Source: Paramoeba atlantica
Taxonomy: Eukaryota; Protista; Discosea
Length of the DNA stretch: 64,000 nt
Assembly (NCBI GenBank): GCA_977017575.1
Contig: CDRNVI010000019.1
Location: 576,630 to 640,629 of the forward strand
Direction: 5' to 3'
Of this stretch, positions 10,901 to 22,020 are shown piece by piece. A program made the translations under genes and the position numbers. Every line of letters begins with the position of its first letter. Positions within the stretch are counted from its first letter, which is position 1. The notes below the pieces were generated by a model. The model saw nothing but the letters and a program-made list of their open reading frames with translations. It had not been told where the DNA came from and made no database searches.

Positions 10901-11388
10901 TGAGTGGTTAATCATGTCTTCGTAGTTTCGAAAGGACCACTTAACGACGCATTTCGTCCCTTTACCCCACTGTGATATTTTTTTGAGGAGATGGTCTGGA
11001 GCTATAGGAAACGCTCGAAAGAGTGGTGCGTCTTCATCAACCGAATTTTCGGCTTCACCGTCCGCTTCGGCACCGTATTCTGTTGCACCTGCATTTCGAC
11101 TCGGTGGCAACTTCGATGGCGTCACCTTTTCTTCTGGTGTGTGTCTTTCAGGTGTTTTCGTTTGTGATGGTATGGGGGATGCATGTGTCGATGGCTTTGG
11201 AGTACTCAACTCGTTGTTTACGCTGCTTGTCTCGGCGGCTGTACTCGTCTTTTCAGTCACCGGGGATCTGTACTCGGATGCTGCACGACATTTCGAACTT
11301 TTACGCGGATGCTCGCGCGTCTCGCTGTCGGAACTGAAAGTTCCACTTTCTTTGTAAACATCGTGTAAGGGGCGCCATGTAGGTCGAC
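7982..11388 (-). pseudogene. CRE-A retrotransposon ORF with one in-frame TAA at 9983-9985
   Basis: ORFs 9983-11260 and 7982-9961 share a frame (LPKP*NGIRP; intact paralogues read LPKPQNGIRP). RT: GVRQGS, YMDD. RLE: RSGPDL...YD. Confidence 0.88.
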
Positions 11389-12162
11389 GACCTTTACTTT
11401 TATTAAGACCTTTACTTTTATTAAGACCTTTACTTTTATTAAGACCTTTACTTTTATTAAGACCTTTACTTTTATTAAGACCTTTACTTTTATTAAGACC
11501 TTTACTTTTATTAAGACCTTTACTTTTATTAAGACCTTTACTTTTATTAAGACCTTTACTTTTATTAAGACCTTTACTTTTATTAAGACCTTTACTTTTA
11601 TTAAGACCTCTACTTTTATTAAGACCTTTACTTTTATTAAGACCTTTACTTTTATTAAGACCTTTACTTTTATTAAGACCTTTACTTTTATTAAGACCTT
11701 TACTTTTATTAAGACCTTTACTTTTATTAAGACCTTTACTTTTATTAAGACCTTTACTTTTATTAAGACCTTTACTTTTATTAAGACCTTTACTTTTATT
11801 AAGACCTTTACTTTTATTAAGACCTTTACTTTTATTAAGACCTTTACTTTTATTAAGACCTTTACTTTTATTAAGACCTTTACTTTTATTAAGACCTTTA
11901 CTTTTATTAAGACCTTTACTTTTATTAAGACCTTTACTTTTATTAAGACCTTTACTTTTATTAAGACCTTTACTTTTATTAAGACCTTTACTTTTATTAA
12001 GACCTTTACTTTTATTAAGACCTTTACTTTTATTAAGACCTTTACTTTTATTAAGACCTTTACTTTTATTAAGACCTTTACTTTTATTAAGACCTTTACT
12101 TTTATTAAGACCTTTACTTTTATTAAGACCTTTACTTTTATTAAGACCTTTACTTTTATTAA
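11389..12162. repeat. Satellite, 43 x 18 bp (GACCTTTACTTTTATTAA)
   Basis: 774 bp = 43 exact units. One T>C variant at 11610, in the 13th unit. Confidence 0.98.
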
Positions 12163-12178
12163 AGCATCGTACGTCGCC

Positions 12179-15076
12179 ATGTCTGACACATTCAACTCGT
12201 GCGATGCCTTAAAAGTAGCGGAGGCCTCCGGTTCGGTGAGCTTTGATGCAGTAGTAGAGGAGCTCAGCTGCGCCAGGTTGGGTCGGAGCAACCTGTTCTT
12301 GCCTTCGAAAGGCGGTAAGAATCGGGTTGTACCAAAGCTTCGCCCGAGGGCATTTAACCAGATGTCACTTTCTATTACACCGCAAGCGAAGATAGCTGTT
12401 GTCTGGACTATGACATTCCGCAACATCCTACATCTTTGGGAAGGAACAGCGATAAAGAAAAGGAAGAACGGGGGATGGTGGGTACAGTACGAGCGAGTTC
12501 CGGACAAGTTATTCCCATTTCCTCCAATAGATGATAGAGTTGTTGTTTGTGCAGGCCGCGTCAAGACACCGCGATCGGAAACCCGTAGGAGAAAGCGAAG
12601 GAGGTACTATCCTCGGAATGTGACTGGGCGTGGCGCCCCCAGTTATGAGAAACCCTGTTTGAGCAAAGCCAGGAACAAGGGTTTGGCTATTATGACATTA
12701 AATGTAACGACATTGGGGCTGGACGGGCCTGATAGAATTTCATTGCGGAGATGTGCCAGGTTGCGTCTAGTTCTTCGGCTGCTCGTTTTACGTGACATAC
12801 AGATCTGCTGCCTACAGGAAACTCGCTTTACATGCGCGGAGTCACTGTTTCGAACAATTCGAATTGGGACTACTAAATTCTTCTTATACTTCTTGTCTGC
12901 CAAAAATGGGTACGGCGGACTGATGTTCATCAGTCGGTTTGCGATAGATCGTATCGTCAGCGTTTCAGAGAGAATAGCATATGCTCAAATTGACATGAAG
13001 CCTTTCCAAGCCGCGATATACAACGTGTACGCTCCAACGGCAACTGTTTCGGAAGAAGAACGCAAGGAGTTCTTGTTGCGCCTTAGTGATTCCTTCACGC
13101 GAAGCAAATATCCATTGAAAGCTGTTATGGGTGATTTCAACGCACCCTTAACACAAGATTTGAAGGGAAAAGAATCCTCGCCTGCGTACTGTGGACTGCG
13201 AACGTTCTTGGATAACATAGATGCTGTCTCTGGATTCGAAGTTTGTCCTGCTTCGAGAGACTGGACCTTCATATTTCCGAATGGCTACAAGAAACAGCTC
13301 GATCACATTATTCTGAACCGACGATTTGCGTCTGCAATTTCACGGCACCGAGTTATCTACCCTCCCATTTGCACAGGACATTATGCCGTGGAAGCGCACA
13401 TTAACATCAAATGGAAAGTGCATAAAAAGAATCCACACATGCATCCTCCATGGTATCTATTGCGTGATCCTGGAATTCGACAACTGTTTTCCGCCAGCGT
13501 TGCAGCTCACTTTGACCCACAACCTGATCATTCTCAAAGTGAGTTAGAAGGCAGGGATGTCGAGCAATTATGGTTGTCAGTAAAAACAAGTATCCAGGAG
13601 GCGCAAATGTGTCTCAAGTCTCAGCCGAAAACAGATGTTCCTCTCAGTTTTGCCACTCCAGTATGTAATGACGCACCGGTAAATCTGCAAGCTTTATACA
13701 AAATATCAAGTAATAGGAAACGTTTCGATAAGTTTGTGCGAGAACATGAAAAGCAAATTACTGACCTCGTTCAGTTGGAGTGCCAAAATTTAGAGAAGAA
13801 CTTTAAGAAGCGACCGCGAGGATCCTGGAGGATGGTTAAGGAGGTTATAGGCGATGAAAGGACAGCTATTCATGTACAAGGAAAGTCTGTCAAAGATAAG
13901 CTTGAAACGCTGAAAACGCACTTTGCAGCAAACTATTGCCCAGTGAAAGAAAACTCGTCCACAGACTTTGAGCAAGTTAAGGGTATTAAAATATGTGATG
14001 ACCTTTTTTTGTTCGAGGAGCTGTTGGCAGCGCAGAAGCAAATCGCTCGAAGGAAAGCCACTGGTTCTGACGATATCCCGATAGAAGCATACTGCGCGCT
14101 AACCGAGCACGACGAGTTATCCAGGACATTATTACGTTTGATCAACTCGGTGTACTTAAAGGGATATACGCCGGACTCGTGGCGCGAAATACTTCATGTG
14201 CCAATTCCGAAAAAAGGTGATCTCTCTCAGCTGAAAAACTGGCGTGCTATCTGTTTGACGAATCACATAGCCAAATTGGTGAACTACATGATTTTGAATA
14301 GATTACAACCAGAAATCGAACCAAGACTGCGTAATGCACAGTTTGGCTTCCGACCCTTTCGATCGACAGTTGGTGCACAAGCGATTCTAACAGAAGTATT
14401 CGGAAAGGCATCTCGGCATGCACATGATCTTTTCTTGGGATTCATCGATTTTCAGAGCGCGTTTCCCTCGATATCACATGACGCCATCAAAAAAGCACTG
14501 GATGCTTTTGCAGTGCCGCCAATGCTGAGGCAGATGATTCTTGCGTCGTACAATGCGCCCTCTGGATACGTCCGTGTCGATTTCGGGGAAACAGATCATT
14601 TTGACATCTCCTCTGGAGTGCTTCAAGGTGATGTCCTTGCCCCGTTTCTTTTTATAATGTGTCTGGACAGAATACTCGAGCGAGCAATGCAGAATTCGGA
14701 ATTCGGGATCACACTTCGACGTATTGGAACTAAAAGCCGAGGTATGCAGGAAATCAAATTGACAGACATTGACTACGCCGACGACATCGTGTTCTTTTCC
14801 AATACTAAGGAAACTCTCGAGGCTATGATTCTAGCATTGATCAAAGAAGCAGGGAAAGCGGGGATGAAATTAAATGTAGGTCCAATGAAAACAGCGTGGA
14901 TGGTTGTTGGGCGAACAGCTAGGAAGCAAGAAGGACGTATTATCCTACCAGAGTTGGGTCTTGTACCGCGAGTCGAATCCTACCGCTACCTAGGGCACAT
15001 GATGAGCGCCTACGCGACATCGGCAACGCTGAAAAACCGAATAAAGCTAGCATGGATGGCGTTTCACCGATTGAAA
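12179..15076 (+). mobile_element. APE-RT-RNaseH LINE (RTE/Ingi-like), 5' part
   Basis: APE: TLNV, LQETR, YAPT, GDFNA, LDHI. RT: PIPKKGDL..NWRAI, QFGFR, FIDF, GVLQGDVLAPFLF, YADD, YLG. Interrupted at codon boundary 15077. Confidence 0.9.
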
Positions 15077-15539
15077 TCAACGACGAGAGTCTTCCACATA
15101 CATTAAAAACAACTTGTAAGAAAACATTGTTGTAAGAGCTAAAGAAATATATCGCTGATATCCTGAATCTCATCCACTGCCTATATTTACTAGCTAAAGA
15201 ATATTCGTATTATTGATGCAACTATCCGGATGTATATAGCGCGCAAACTATTTCAAAAGCATAATATAAAAATATAATACGTAGTGAAGGGGCTTTGCCC
15301 CCTGGCACGCAGCCACCACCCCGATCGCTCGTCTCCTCACAACATCCTGTCTCTCGTATATTAAATCGCTGCACGTTCCACATACAAAATTCCATTGCGA
15401 AGCTGGCCAAGCTGCGAACGGAAGCTTGATAAACCTACATTTGATCATTCACTAAATACATATTTTTTTTTTTTTTTTTTTTTTTGAAAGAAGAAGCAAT
15501 CTTTTTTTTTTTTTTTGTGTGTGTGTGTGTGTTTAATCT

Positions 15540-18257
15540 CTAAAAAATTCTGCTTATTGGGTCCGCTGGATTTAGTTTCGTAGAAATATAATGAGCTTGA
15601 ATACATATTCCTTTATTCTTTAAACTCTGTAAAATGCTTTTCAATTCTTTCGCTATGCCATCAGACTTGCATATTTTCCGATTCAACGCTGCTCGACAAG
15701 ACGTATTATCAATCCAAAGCTGAACGCAAGTCCCTTGCTCGAAATATTTTTGGAATTCTTCGAGGGCGAATCGCACCGCCGCCGCTTCTGATTTGTTAAC
15801 TTCGTAGGTCCATTCTGCTGGCCAAGGTGCGCCCAAAATCTTAACCTCTCCGCTATCCATGTACAGAATTGCTCCCCATCCTTTTGAGGAGGCGTCTGTA
15901 AAGAGTTTATGACGCGGAGGTGCAGTGGCGGGGTGAGGGGGTGCTCTTATCGGCACGTTTTTAATCAAGTCGTCACGCCATTGAGCTAAGATCACACGAG
16001 TTTTCATGGGAAGATCCACGATTTTGTCCTTTGCAAAAGGATGTCGGTTCAAGTAATTAATACGTCGTTGTACTATTTTTATCGCAAAGTGATATTGCGG
16101 GATTACCACACCAAGTATCGAAGAGCAGTACAGTAGACGCCCCACCGCCGCCTCCAGCTCTAAGAAAGTGAGTCTCGAAAAAGTATCCCGTTTCAATTTG
16201 CTCACAACCTTCGGTCCCAAGCAGACCCGGCTTGATGCGTGATCAAATTTCACTCCGTTGAACACGTATTGTTTCGTCGGAGGAACGTCCTGATCTTTAA
16301 ATCGAGCTCCTGCCACTCGCGCACGCGAGTCAATAAAATAAACATACTCGTCTGCATGTTTTCTAGATCCGGAAAAACGAACTCCATCTATATAGATATC
16401 AGTAGAACCGTGTTGATACGAGTGGGATTTTGAGCAATAATCTTTATTTCCTGCCAACGATGCTGTCATGCAATGCATAATTTCAGGCGCACATCTGTGG
16501 CCCATGGGTAAAACATTCATTTCGTATAATTGCCCATCTTCTGCACGAAACCGAAACTTTGCTCGGGATCGTAAGGGTAAGCCAACCTGGTAAAAACCAC
16601 ACATTAGATCACGTTTTACCCCCACCTCAGCATTTACTGCGTATAAATAACGAGAAGGGTGTAGGAGAGGAACAGCTGGTTCGTAGTCCTTTAGGCGTAA
16701 ATTGTCTGATCGTGTCCATGAAATAAAACGTCTTCTGTCTTTGCCCGCGTCGTCTTTTTCAAGGGCAGTGAACGGAACCATATATTGCATGGTCGGGCGT
16801 CGTTTGGCTTCTTCGGTAGATACCTTCGATATGACTTTAGACCGAATCAATGCTGGAATGTCTCCTGGAGCCAATGCCGGTTTAATGCAAGGAGCGGACT
16901 CAGCTTTCTCGGGCAACTTGGTGAGTTCATCAAGAACGTACGTTAGCCTATCATTCTGTTGTTCCGTTAGCCACTTCCGTAATTTTTGAACATTCAACGT
17001 CGGAATATTATCCTTTGCATGCAAGGGGATATGGTAGTCGTCGGTTTTAGCTAATTTGGAACTGCGCCTTGGACATAAAATTGAATACGATTTAAGGAAA
17101 GGAACCTGTTCGTAAAACTCCTGAACCATCACATTATCGATGCACCGGGGAGAAGTACTGACACCTTCTGAGTCCCTAACGCTCTTGCCGTAGTTATTTG
17201 GTTGGCGTTGTACCGCAGTAGACTTTCTACGTTCAAGTGCTTTGAGAGATTCATTACTTCCGATAAGTTGAGGTGGCCTTCTACTATTTCCTGAAATAGA
17301 AAGGTGATGGCTCCTCTCTTGATTGAGTGCGTGCCATATCCGTCGCCTAGGACGTCTCGAATATGGAGATCCATCTCCTGAACTGTCGCGGTGCTCATTC
17401 GTTGCCCTGGTCGCAGGCTGCTTACATACTGAGCTATTTGGTTTGTGCCCGGACCCGTGATGATCGCGTACATGTACGGTCGGTACGGATTTAGACGAGT
17501 GGTCTTCGTGAAACGTCCCCAGTAGATTATTATTTCGTTCGAATTTACACTCAGAAATTGCTCCCTTCTTAGCTCGGCCGTTTCGGTCCAGCGTGACGCG
17601 GCTTTCCAGCATAGCAGGACCGTCATTGCTTGTGTTATCGACAGGCGTGTGCACAATTTTTGCAACATGGGAGGTGTTATCGGTTGCATTTGACGTTGTG
17701 GTTCCGTGCCCCCCTGGGCCTGAATCGCTTTTGTGAACAACTTCAACGGATTGCATTCCATCCCCATCAACGTGAAAACCGTGTGAAGAGCGCGAGCATA
17801 ATTGAGGCGAGTTGACGGCGCGACGCGTAGAGTCTGGAGATACAAAATGGCGGTTGCTGAATTCATCTCTCGGTGCTTCACGCGACAAAATTCGTTTACG
17901 TTTTTCCATAGGCGTGTTCTGTTGTTCCAAGTCGACTTTGCCCACATCGGCTGAATCGCTTCGGTCAGCTGGACGGAGTCCGGATCGTCCGGATTTATCC
18001 TCAGAATTGCCTGAGTAATGTTTTGAACTTGGTCGTGGGATACATCGCGACTGTGTTCTCGTTTTAGTCCTCTGACTGTTTGCGAATCTGTGCGGTGCGC
18101 GACACGTGTTTGAGGTAAGACCCTTAGTGGAATCAGTCGTGTGCAAGGATGCATTTTGGTCTGTATTGGGATACGAGTAGTTTTGGGCACACTCCGGGCA
18201 CTGATTTTGGGAAATTTGGGAGAGCACCTCACGAACGAGTTTTGCGAACTTTTCCAC
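15540..18257 (-). CDS. RT/RNase H of YR element 2 (core from ATG 17129)
   Basis: KRDLMCGFYQV, LPMGHRCAPEIM, IYIDG, LFTDASSKGWG, WIDNTS, NPADPISR. Confidence 0.9.
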   Translation of the reverse strand: MEKFAKLVREVLSQISQNQCPECAQNYSYPNTDQNASLHTTDSTKGLTSNTCRAPHRFANSQRTKTRTQSRCIPRPSSKHYSGNSEDKSGRSGLRPADRSDSADVGKVDLEQQNTPMEKRKRILSREAPRDEFSNRHFVSPDSTRRAVNSPQLCSRSSHGFHVDGDGMQSVEVVHKSDSGPGGHGTTTSNATDNTSHVAKIVHTPVDNTSNDGPAMLESRVTLDRNGRAKKGAISECKFERNNNLLGTFHEDHSSKSVPTVHVRDHHGSGHKPNSSVCKQPATRATNEHRDSSGDGSPYSRRPRRRIWHALNQERSHHLSISGNSRRPPQLIGSNESLKALERRKSTAVQRQPNNYGKSVRDSEGVSTSPRCIDNVMVQEFYEQVPFLKSYSILCPRRSSKLAKTDDYHIPLHAKDNIPTLNVQKLRKWLTEQQNDRLTYVLDELTKLPEKAESAPCIKPALAPGDIPALIRSKVISKVSTEEAKRRPTMQYMVPFTALEKDDAGKDRRRFISWTRSDNLRLKDYEPAVPLLHPSRYLYAVNAEVGVKRDLMCGFYQVGLPLRSRAKFRFRAEDGQLYEMNVLPMGHRCAPEIMHCMTASLAGNKDYCSKSHSYQHGSTDIYIDGVRFSGSRKHADEYVYFIDSRARVAGARFKDQDVPPTKQYVFNGVKFDHASSRVCLGPKVVSKLKRDTFSRLTFLELEAAVGRLLYCSSILGVVIPQYHFAIKIVQRRINYLNRHPFAKDKIVDLPMKTRVILAQWRDDLIKNVPIRAPPHPATAPPRHKLFTDASSKGWGAILYMDSGEVKILGAPWPAEWTYEVNKSEAAAVRFALEEFQKYFEQGTCVQLWIDNTSCRAALNRKICKSDGIAKELKSILQSLKNKGICIQAHYISTKLNPADPISRIF

Positions 18258-18304
18258 GATCTCTTCAATCCAATGACACGAGTAGTTTTTGGGGTGGGGA
18301 ACAA
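17129..18304 (-). CDS. Tyrosine recombinase of YR element 2
   Basis: KAASRWTE, FTKTT, THSIKRG, LSKHL, LLRY. Its stop overlaps the RT ATG (TGATG). Confidence 0.9.
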   Translation of the reverse strand: MFPTPKTTRVIGLKRSWKSSQNSFVRCSPKFPKISARSVPKTTRIPIQTKMHPCTRLIPLRVLPQTRVAHRTDSQTVRGLKREHSRDVSHDQVQNITQAILRINPDDPDSVQLTEAIQPMWAKSTWNNRTRLWKNVNEFCRVKHREMNSATAILYLQTLRVAPSTRLNYARALHTVFTLMGMECNPLKLFTKAIQAQGGTEPQRQMQPITPPMLQKLCTRLSITQAMTVLLCWKAASRWTETAELRREQFLSVNSNEIIIYWGRFTKTTRLNPYRPYMYAIITGPGTNQIAQYVSSLRPGQRMSTATVQEMDLHIRDVLGDGYGTHSIKRGAITFLFQEIVEGHLNLSEVMNLSKHLNVESLLRYNANQITTARALGTQKVSVLLPGASIM

Positions 18305-18307
18305 TCC

Positions 18308-19270
18308 CTAGTGGATTGTCCGTCTTTCGCTGCGCACCATTTGGTGGGAACGCGCAGCGCCACTCGCCACCCCCCTCTGAAAAATCTGAGTCAAAAGAGG
18401 ACAGTTAGCACGTATATGACCTGGTTTACGACAATTATAGCAAACAGGGTTGGCACGGCGAGAAATACGAGTTTGCTTGAGCTGTTCCTCAAGCATCATT
18501 TTCCCAAATACGTCATTGGGGTCTTCCACTTGATGGAGGCGTTGTTGAACACGATCGACTGGCGCTCCAGCAGCTGCCCAATAGTGCGTGCGTAACTCCT
18601 CGATCAGCATGGTAGCGATAGCAACGAAATCTTCTGTCCAGGTGCCTAGCTCGCGCGCCGCATAAATCCATTTGGTGAGGATAGTAAACAAGCGCTCTCG
18701 GATTGGGGGAGGGTTGAAGCGAACACCTAATTGAGGAGCATCGCGCAATTCTCTGATCAATTCACGGGGCTTGAAGTCATCTTCAGAGTATATATACGAT
18801 TTCCATGTCAAGGGGAAGATTACTGAAAATGCCTTGGGGTTTTCTACGCCCACTTCAGATTGGATAGGATCACTCACCCGTTGTCCACCCGGCATACGTG
18901 CTTGAACCTTGACGAAACTGAGATCGTAATAGCTTATATCCGGGAAAGGAAACGAATATTCAATGTCAGGGTCATCGTCCCATCGCGCTTTAATCTCACT
19001 GTTCGGATCTTTTGGATTCTTAAAGTGGACACGACCTGTAACCGTGTATCGATCCTGGTCCCCTCGCTCCGACCACACTGCTTGAACGAAGACGCGATAA
19101 CCTCGTGAGAGTAGTAAATTGGTTTTATCTGCAAATTCTCGCAAAGCTTCTTCGGACAACGGAACGGCATGGCCACCGCCTTGCAGAATCGCCTCAACCT
19201 GGCCAGGGTTGAGTGTCTGCTGGTGATCACTCGGCGCGGCCGGATCAGGACTGATCGCTCTGGCCGTCAT
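18308..19270 (-). CDS. Gag-like ORF of YR element 2
   Basis: Zinc knuckle CYNCRKPGHIRANC. Homologous to 4877-5944. Confidence 0.88.
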   Translation of the reverse strand: MTARAISPDPAAPSDHQQTLNPGQVEAILQGGGHAVPLSEEALREFADKTNLLLSRGYRVFVQAVWSERGDQDRYTVTGRVHFKNPKDPNSEIKARWDDDPDIEYSFPFPDISYYDLSFVKVQARMPGGQRVSDPIQSEVGVENPKAFSVIFPLTWKSYIYSEDDFKPRELIRELRDAPQLGVRFNPPPIRERLFTILTKWIYAARELGTWTEDFVAIATMLIEELRTHYWAAAGAPVDRVQQRLHQVEDPNDVFGKMMLEEQLKQTRISRRANPVCYNCRKPGHIRANCPLLTQIFQRGVASGAARSHQMVRSERRTIH

Positions 19271-19476
19271 CGCACACTAATAAAAATAACTTGTAAGAGA
19301 ATGTAAGCTATAAAACTATACACAATCTACATAAAGTTATAATTTAAATCATATTAAAAGATATAATAGAATTCATAATCAGAGATTATGTGCCTCGTAG
19401 GGCCATTCGAGAAAAAGGAGTCTTTTCAAATTCGTATTTGTTCTCGTCTAAATTTCCTCTCGTAAACTATCAGAAA

Positions 19477-20400
19477 CCACTATGGAACAATGGTCTAAAC
19501 GTTATCCTTCGTCTTCGTATTTTCAATGCGATGGTGAGCTCCGTCCTTTCATATGGGTGCGCAACTCTCACGCCGAGTAAAACAGAGCTTAAATCAGCAG
19601 ATATAGAAGTCAACAAAATGAGGAGGCTGGCTACAGGAACTCCTTTGTGGGATGGACACAAATCAATCCCAACGAAGGCTCTCTATCGAGGAGGCTTGAT
19701 GTTTTCGACTGTAGTGAAAGTAAGCAGAGTCAAACTTGTAGGACACCTTCTAAGACATGACACTCCGTTTTATGACGTTATGATGTGGAACAAGGACCCC
19801 AATTCACGCGTAAAATCACTATCTGAAGCGTGCGCGGAGGACCTGGGCATTGAAATCGAACACTTATGGGAACAGGCCCAAGATCGTACAGCATGGCGTA
19901 TGCTAGTTGAAGGCTTAAGGGAGAACCTTGAACCTACCGCACGTTACGTACCTGTGTCAATAAAAAAGCGAGAAATAGAACAAATCTTACTCTCAAACGC
20001 GAGCGCGATGGAAAAGTGGGAATCTTTGCAGTTTTTCGAAGAGGGATCGACGTTATGGCCCGATTATGGACTCTTGCACATGTATTGTGATGGGTCATCA
20101 CAACGTAAATTCAACCAAATAGTCGCGGGAGCTGCGGTAGCTGTGGCACAGAACGGGTATGTTGCCTTTTCGAAGAAACAATCATTGCAAAAGGCGGACG
20201 CCGCATCCATCAGATCAGAGCTTCACGCATTTTTTCTTGCACTGCAAATCGGGGAGGGTAAGCAAGAATCCTTCGTTGTGCATGTCGATTCGGAGTACGT
20301 CTGGAACTTTTGGCACAAAGTACGTGTACCGTATCAGTTGGGTAAATACGCAGACTGGGAAAATGCAGATTTGCTTGAACGTATTTCCAGCTTGGCCCGT
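19477..20400 (+). mobile_element. LINE 3' part (RT C-terminus and truncated RNase H)
   Basis: LRIFNAMVSSVLSYG; RNase H YCDGS...RSEL...VDS..NADL. Truncated by a minus-strand CRE fragment near 20400. Confidence 0.85.
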
Positions 20401-20800
20401 TCGATTTTGGCAACCAGGGCATTGTAAATTTTCTGGAAGACCCTTATGTGCGACCCCCAAGCGTGGTAGCAGTGCTAATGTGAATAGTTTTGACGGGACC
20501 AATTTGACGGTCGAGTGTAGCCATCTCGAGTTCCCTTTTTCGCTTGTTGCACGAATGGTTGGAGCAATCCTGTTATTTTTTAGGAGTTCGTCGCGGATTC
20601 CTTTGCTCAACATAGCCTCTGTTGAAAATTCATCGGTTGGGGGGCGTGACTTTCCTTCCATATCCCCGATCGGCTGGGGAGGCATGGGGGCTACTGCTCG
20701 AACTGAAAATTTGTTTAAACGTTCAAGGGCAGCGTGCTGAGATGCCTCGTAAGCCGATTTGCGGAGGATAACAGAGTCCAAGCAACGACGCAGCGCTGAC
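20400..20800 (-). pseudogene. CRE-C internal fragment
   Basis: LRKSAYEASQHAALER...SEKGNSRWL...RLGVAH...CPGC, close to 44373-45365. Confidence 0.8.
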
Positions 20801-21065
20801 CTACCTTGCTTTTTTTTTTTTTGAGTTAGACTGTGCGTATTAGGGTTTTTTTTTTTTTAGGACTCTGTTCCAGATATCGTTCCTAAGATCATACGAGCTG
20901 ATTGCGTAGTTTCAACAAAAAGAATTGATCTTATATTAAATCACGTTGATCTTATATTAAATCATTTTGCTTGAACTTTGTTGGCTGCTAGGGCGCTGCA
21001 AAATTCACTTTCTATGCACCATGCCTGGTGCCCCTTCTTTCTGATCAATCTCACCCCGATCAACT

Positions 21066-21724
21066 TTCAACTGCCTTGGCGTTTTAGCGTTTATGAGGCG
21101 CGAAACACTTTCCGAATAAATCTCGCAAATCAACTGAGCTGAAATGGGTTTTAGGCGCTCGAAATCAATTTTTGAGACTTTGAATGGAATGAATTCGCAC
21201 ATCACAAGTTTGCGAAAGATGAAGTTGGCTGGCTCTGTCCCGCCATTCTCAGACTTGCATTCCGATATCATTGGACCTGCGAGATGCACGGACCGAGCTG
21301 AAAAAGGTTTTAAATGCTCAAGGGCCGAACGACACACAGATCCAATGATAAGAATCGGCTCATCAAACTTCAAACGGGGAAATATTGACTCACAACATCT
21401 CAAACTACCAATACAGGCGACGTCGACCATGGTGGGTATTGTCTTTTTCCGCGACTTTCCTCCTCTCGATACCATGGGCTCTCGTGGGAAATTGACCTTC
21501 AGCTGCCTTGGCGTTTTAGCGTTTATGAGGCGCGAAACACTTTTCAAATAAATCTCGCAAATCAACTGAGCTGAAATGGGTTTTAGGCGCTCGAAATCAA
21601 TTTTTGAGACTTTGATTGGAATGAATTCGCACATCACAAGTTTGCGAAAGATGAAGTTGGCTGGCTCTGTCTCACCATTCTGAGATTTGCGTTCCGATAT
21701 CATTTGACCTGCGAGATGCACGGA
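21066..21724. repeat. Pair of ~227-bp direct repeats (21066-21292 and 21498-21724) around a 205-bp unique spacer
   Basis: Near-identical segments at offset 432, with scattered substitutions. Confidence 0.9.
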
Positions 21725-21985
21725 GGGATAACAGAGGGAGTCAGACCAAGACCACCTTCCTTCACCGGTAACCGAGCCAACGCTTTTTGGTGTATGTCCA
21801 GCGGTCCGAACCAAGTATTTAAAACGTCATCTACCTGTTGATCGAACTGCTTAGTAAGTTCAAAACATTCTTGCGGCCGATGTACCCGGATGTGATATCT
21901 ATGACGAACATTCACGCATCTCGCAAGCAACAAGAGTGAAATATTATTGGCACCCATTGCTTTGAGACGTCGAAAGATGGCTTAG
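21725..21985 (-). pseudogene. CRE-C internal fragment
   Basis: AIFRRLKAMGANNISLLLLARCVNVRHRY...RLPVKEGGLGL. Confidence 0.8.
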
Positions 21986-22020
21986 CTGGGGACATCCATT
22001 TCGTACCTGTATACACCTGT

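Larger units (their letters stand above)
15077..19476 (-). mobile_element. Tyrosine-recombinase retrotransposon 2, inserted into the LINE
   Basis: It carries gag, YR and RT/RH ORFs. Deleting 15077-19476 rejoins the LINE in frame (FHRLK|PLWNN). GAAA occurs at 15073-15076 and 19473-19476. Confidence 0.88.

Noticed and set aside
11389-12162. CRISPR array or telomere repeat
   Set aside because: There are no spacers and no cas genes. The unit is unlike TTAGGG and is internal. Its likeness to the SL 5' half is too weak to claim.
11257-12564. 435-aa ORF with (VLIKVK)n
   Set aside because: It is simply a stop-free frame of the 18-bp satellite. Four of the six frames are open, so openness carries no information.
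21005-21814. 269-aa ORF with an internal repeat
   Set aside because: The repeat reflects the DNA duplication, the opposite strand is also open, and there is no protein motif.
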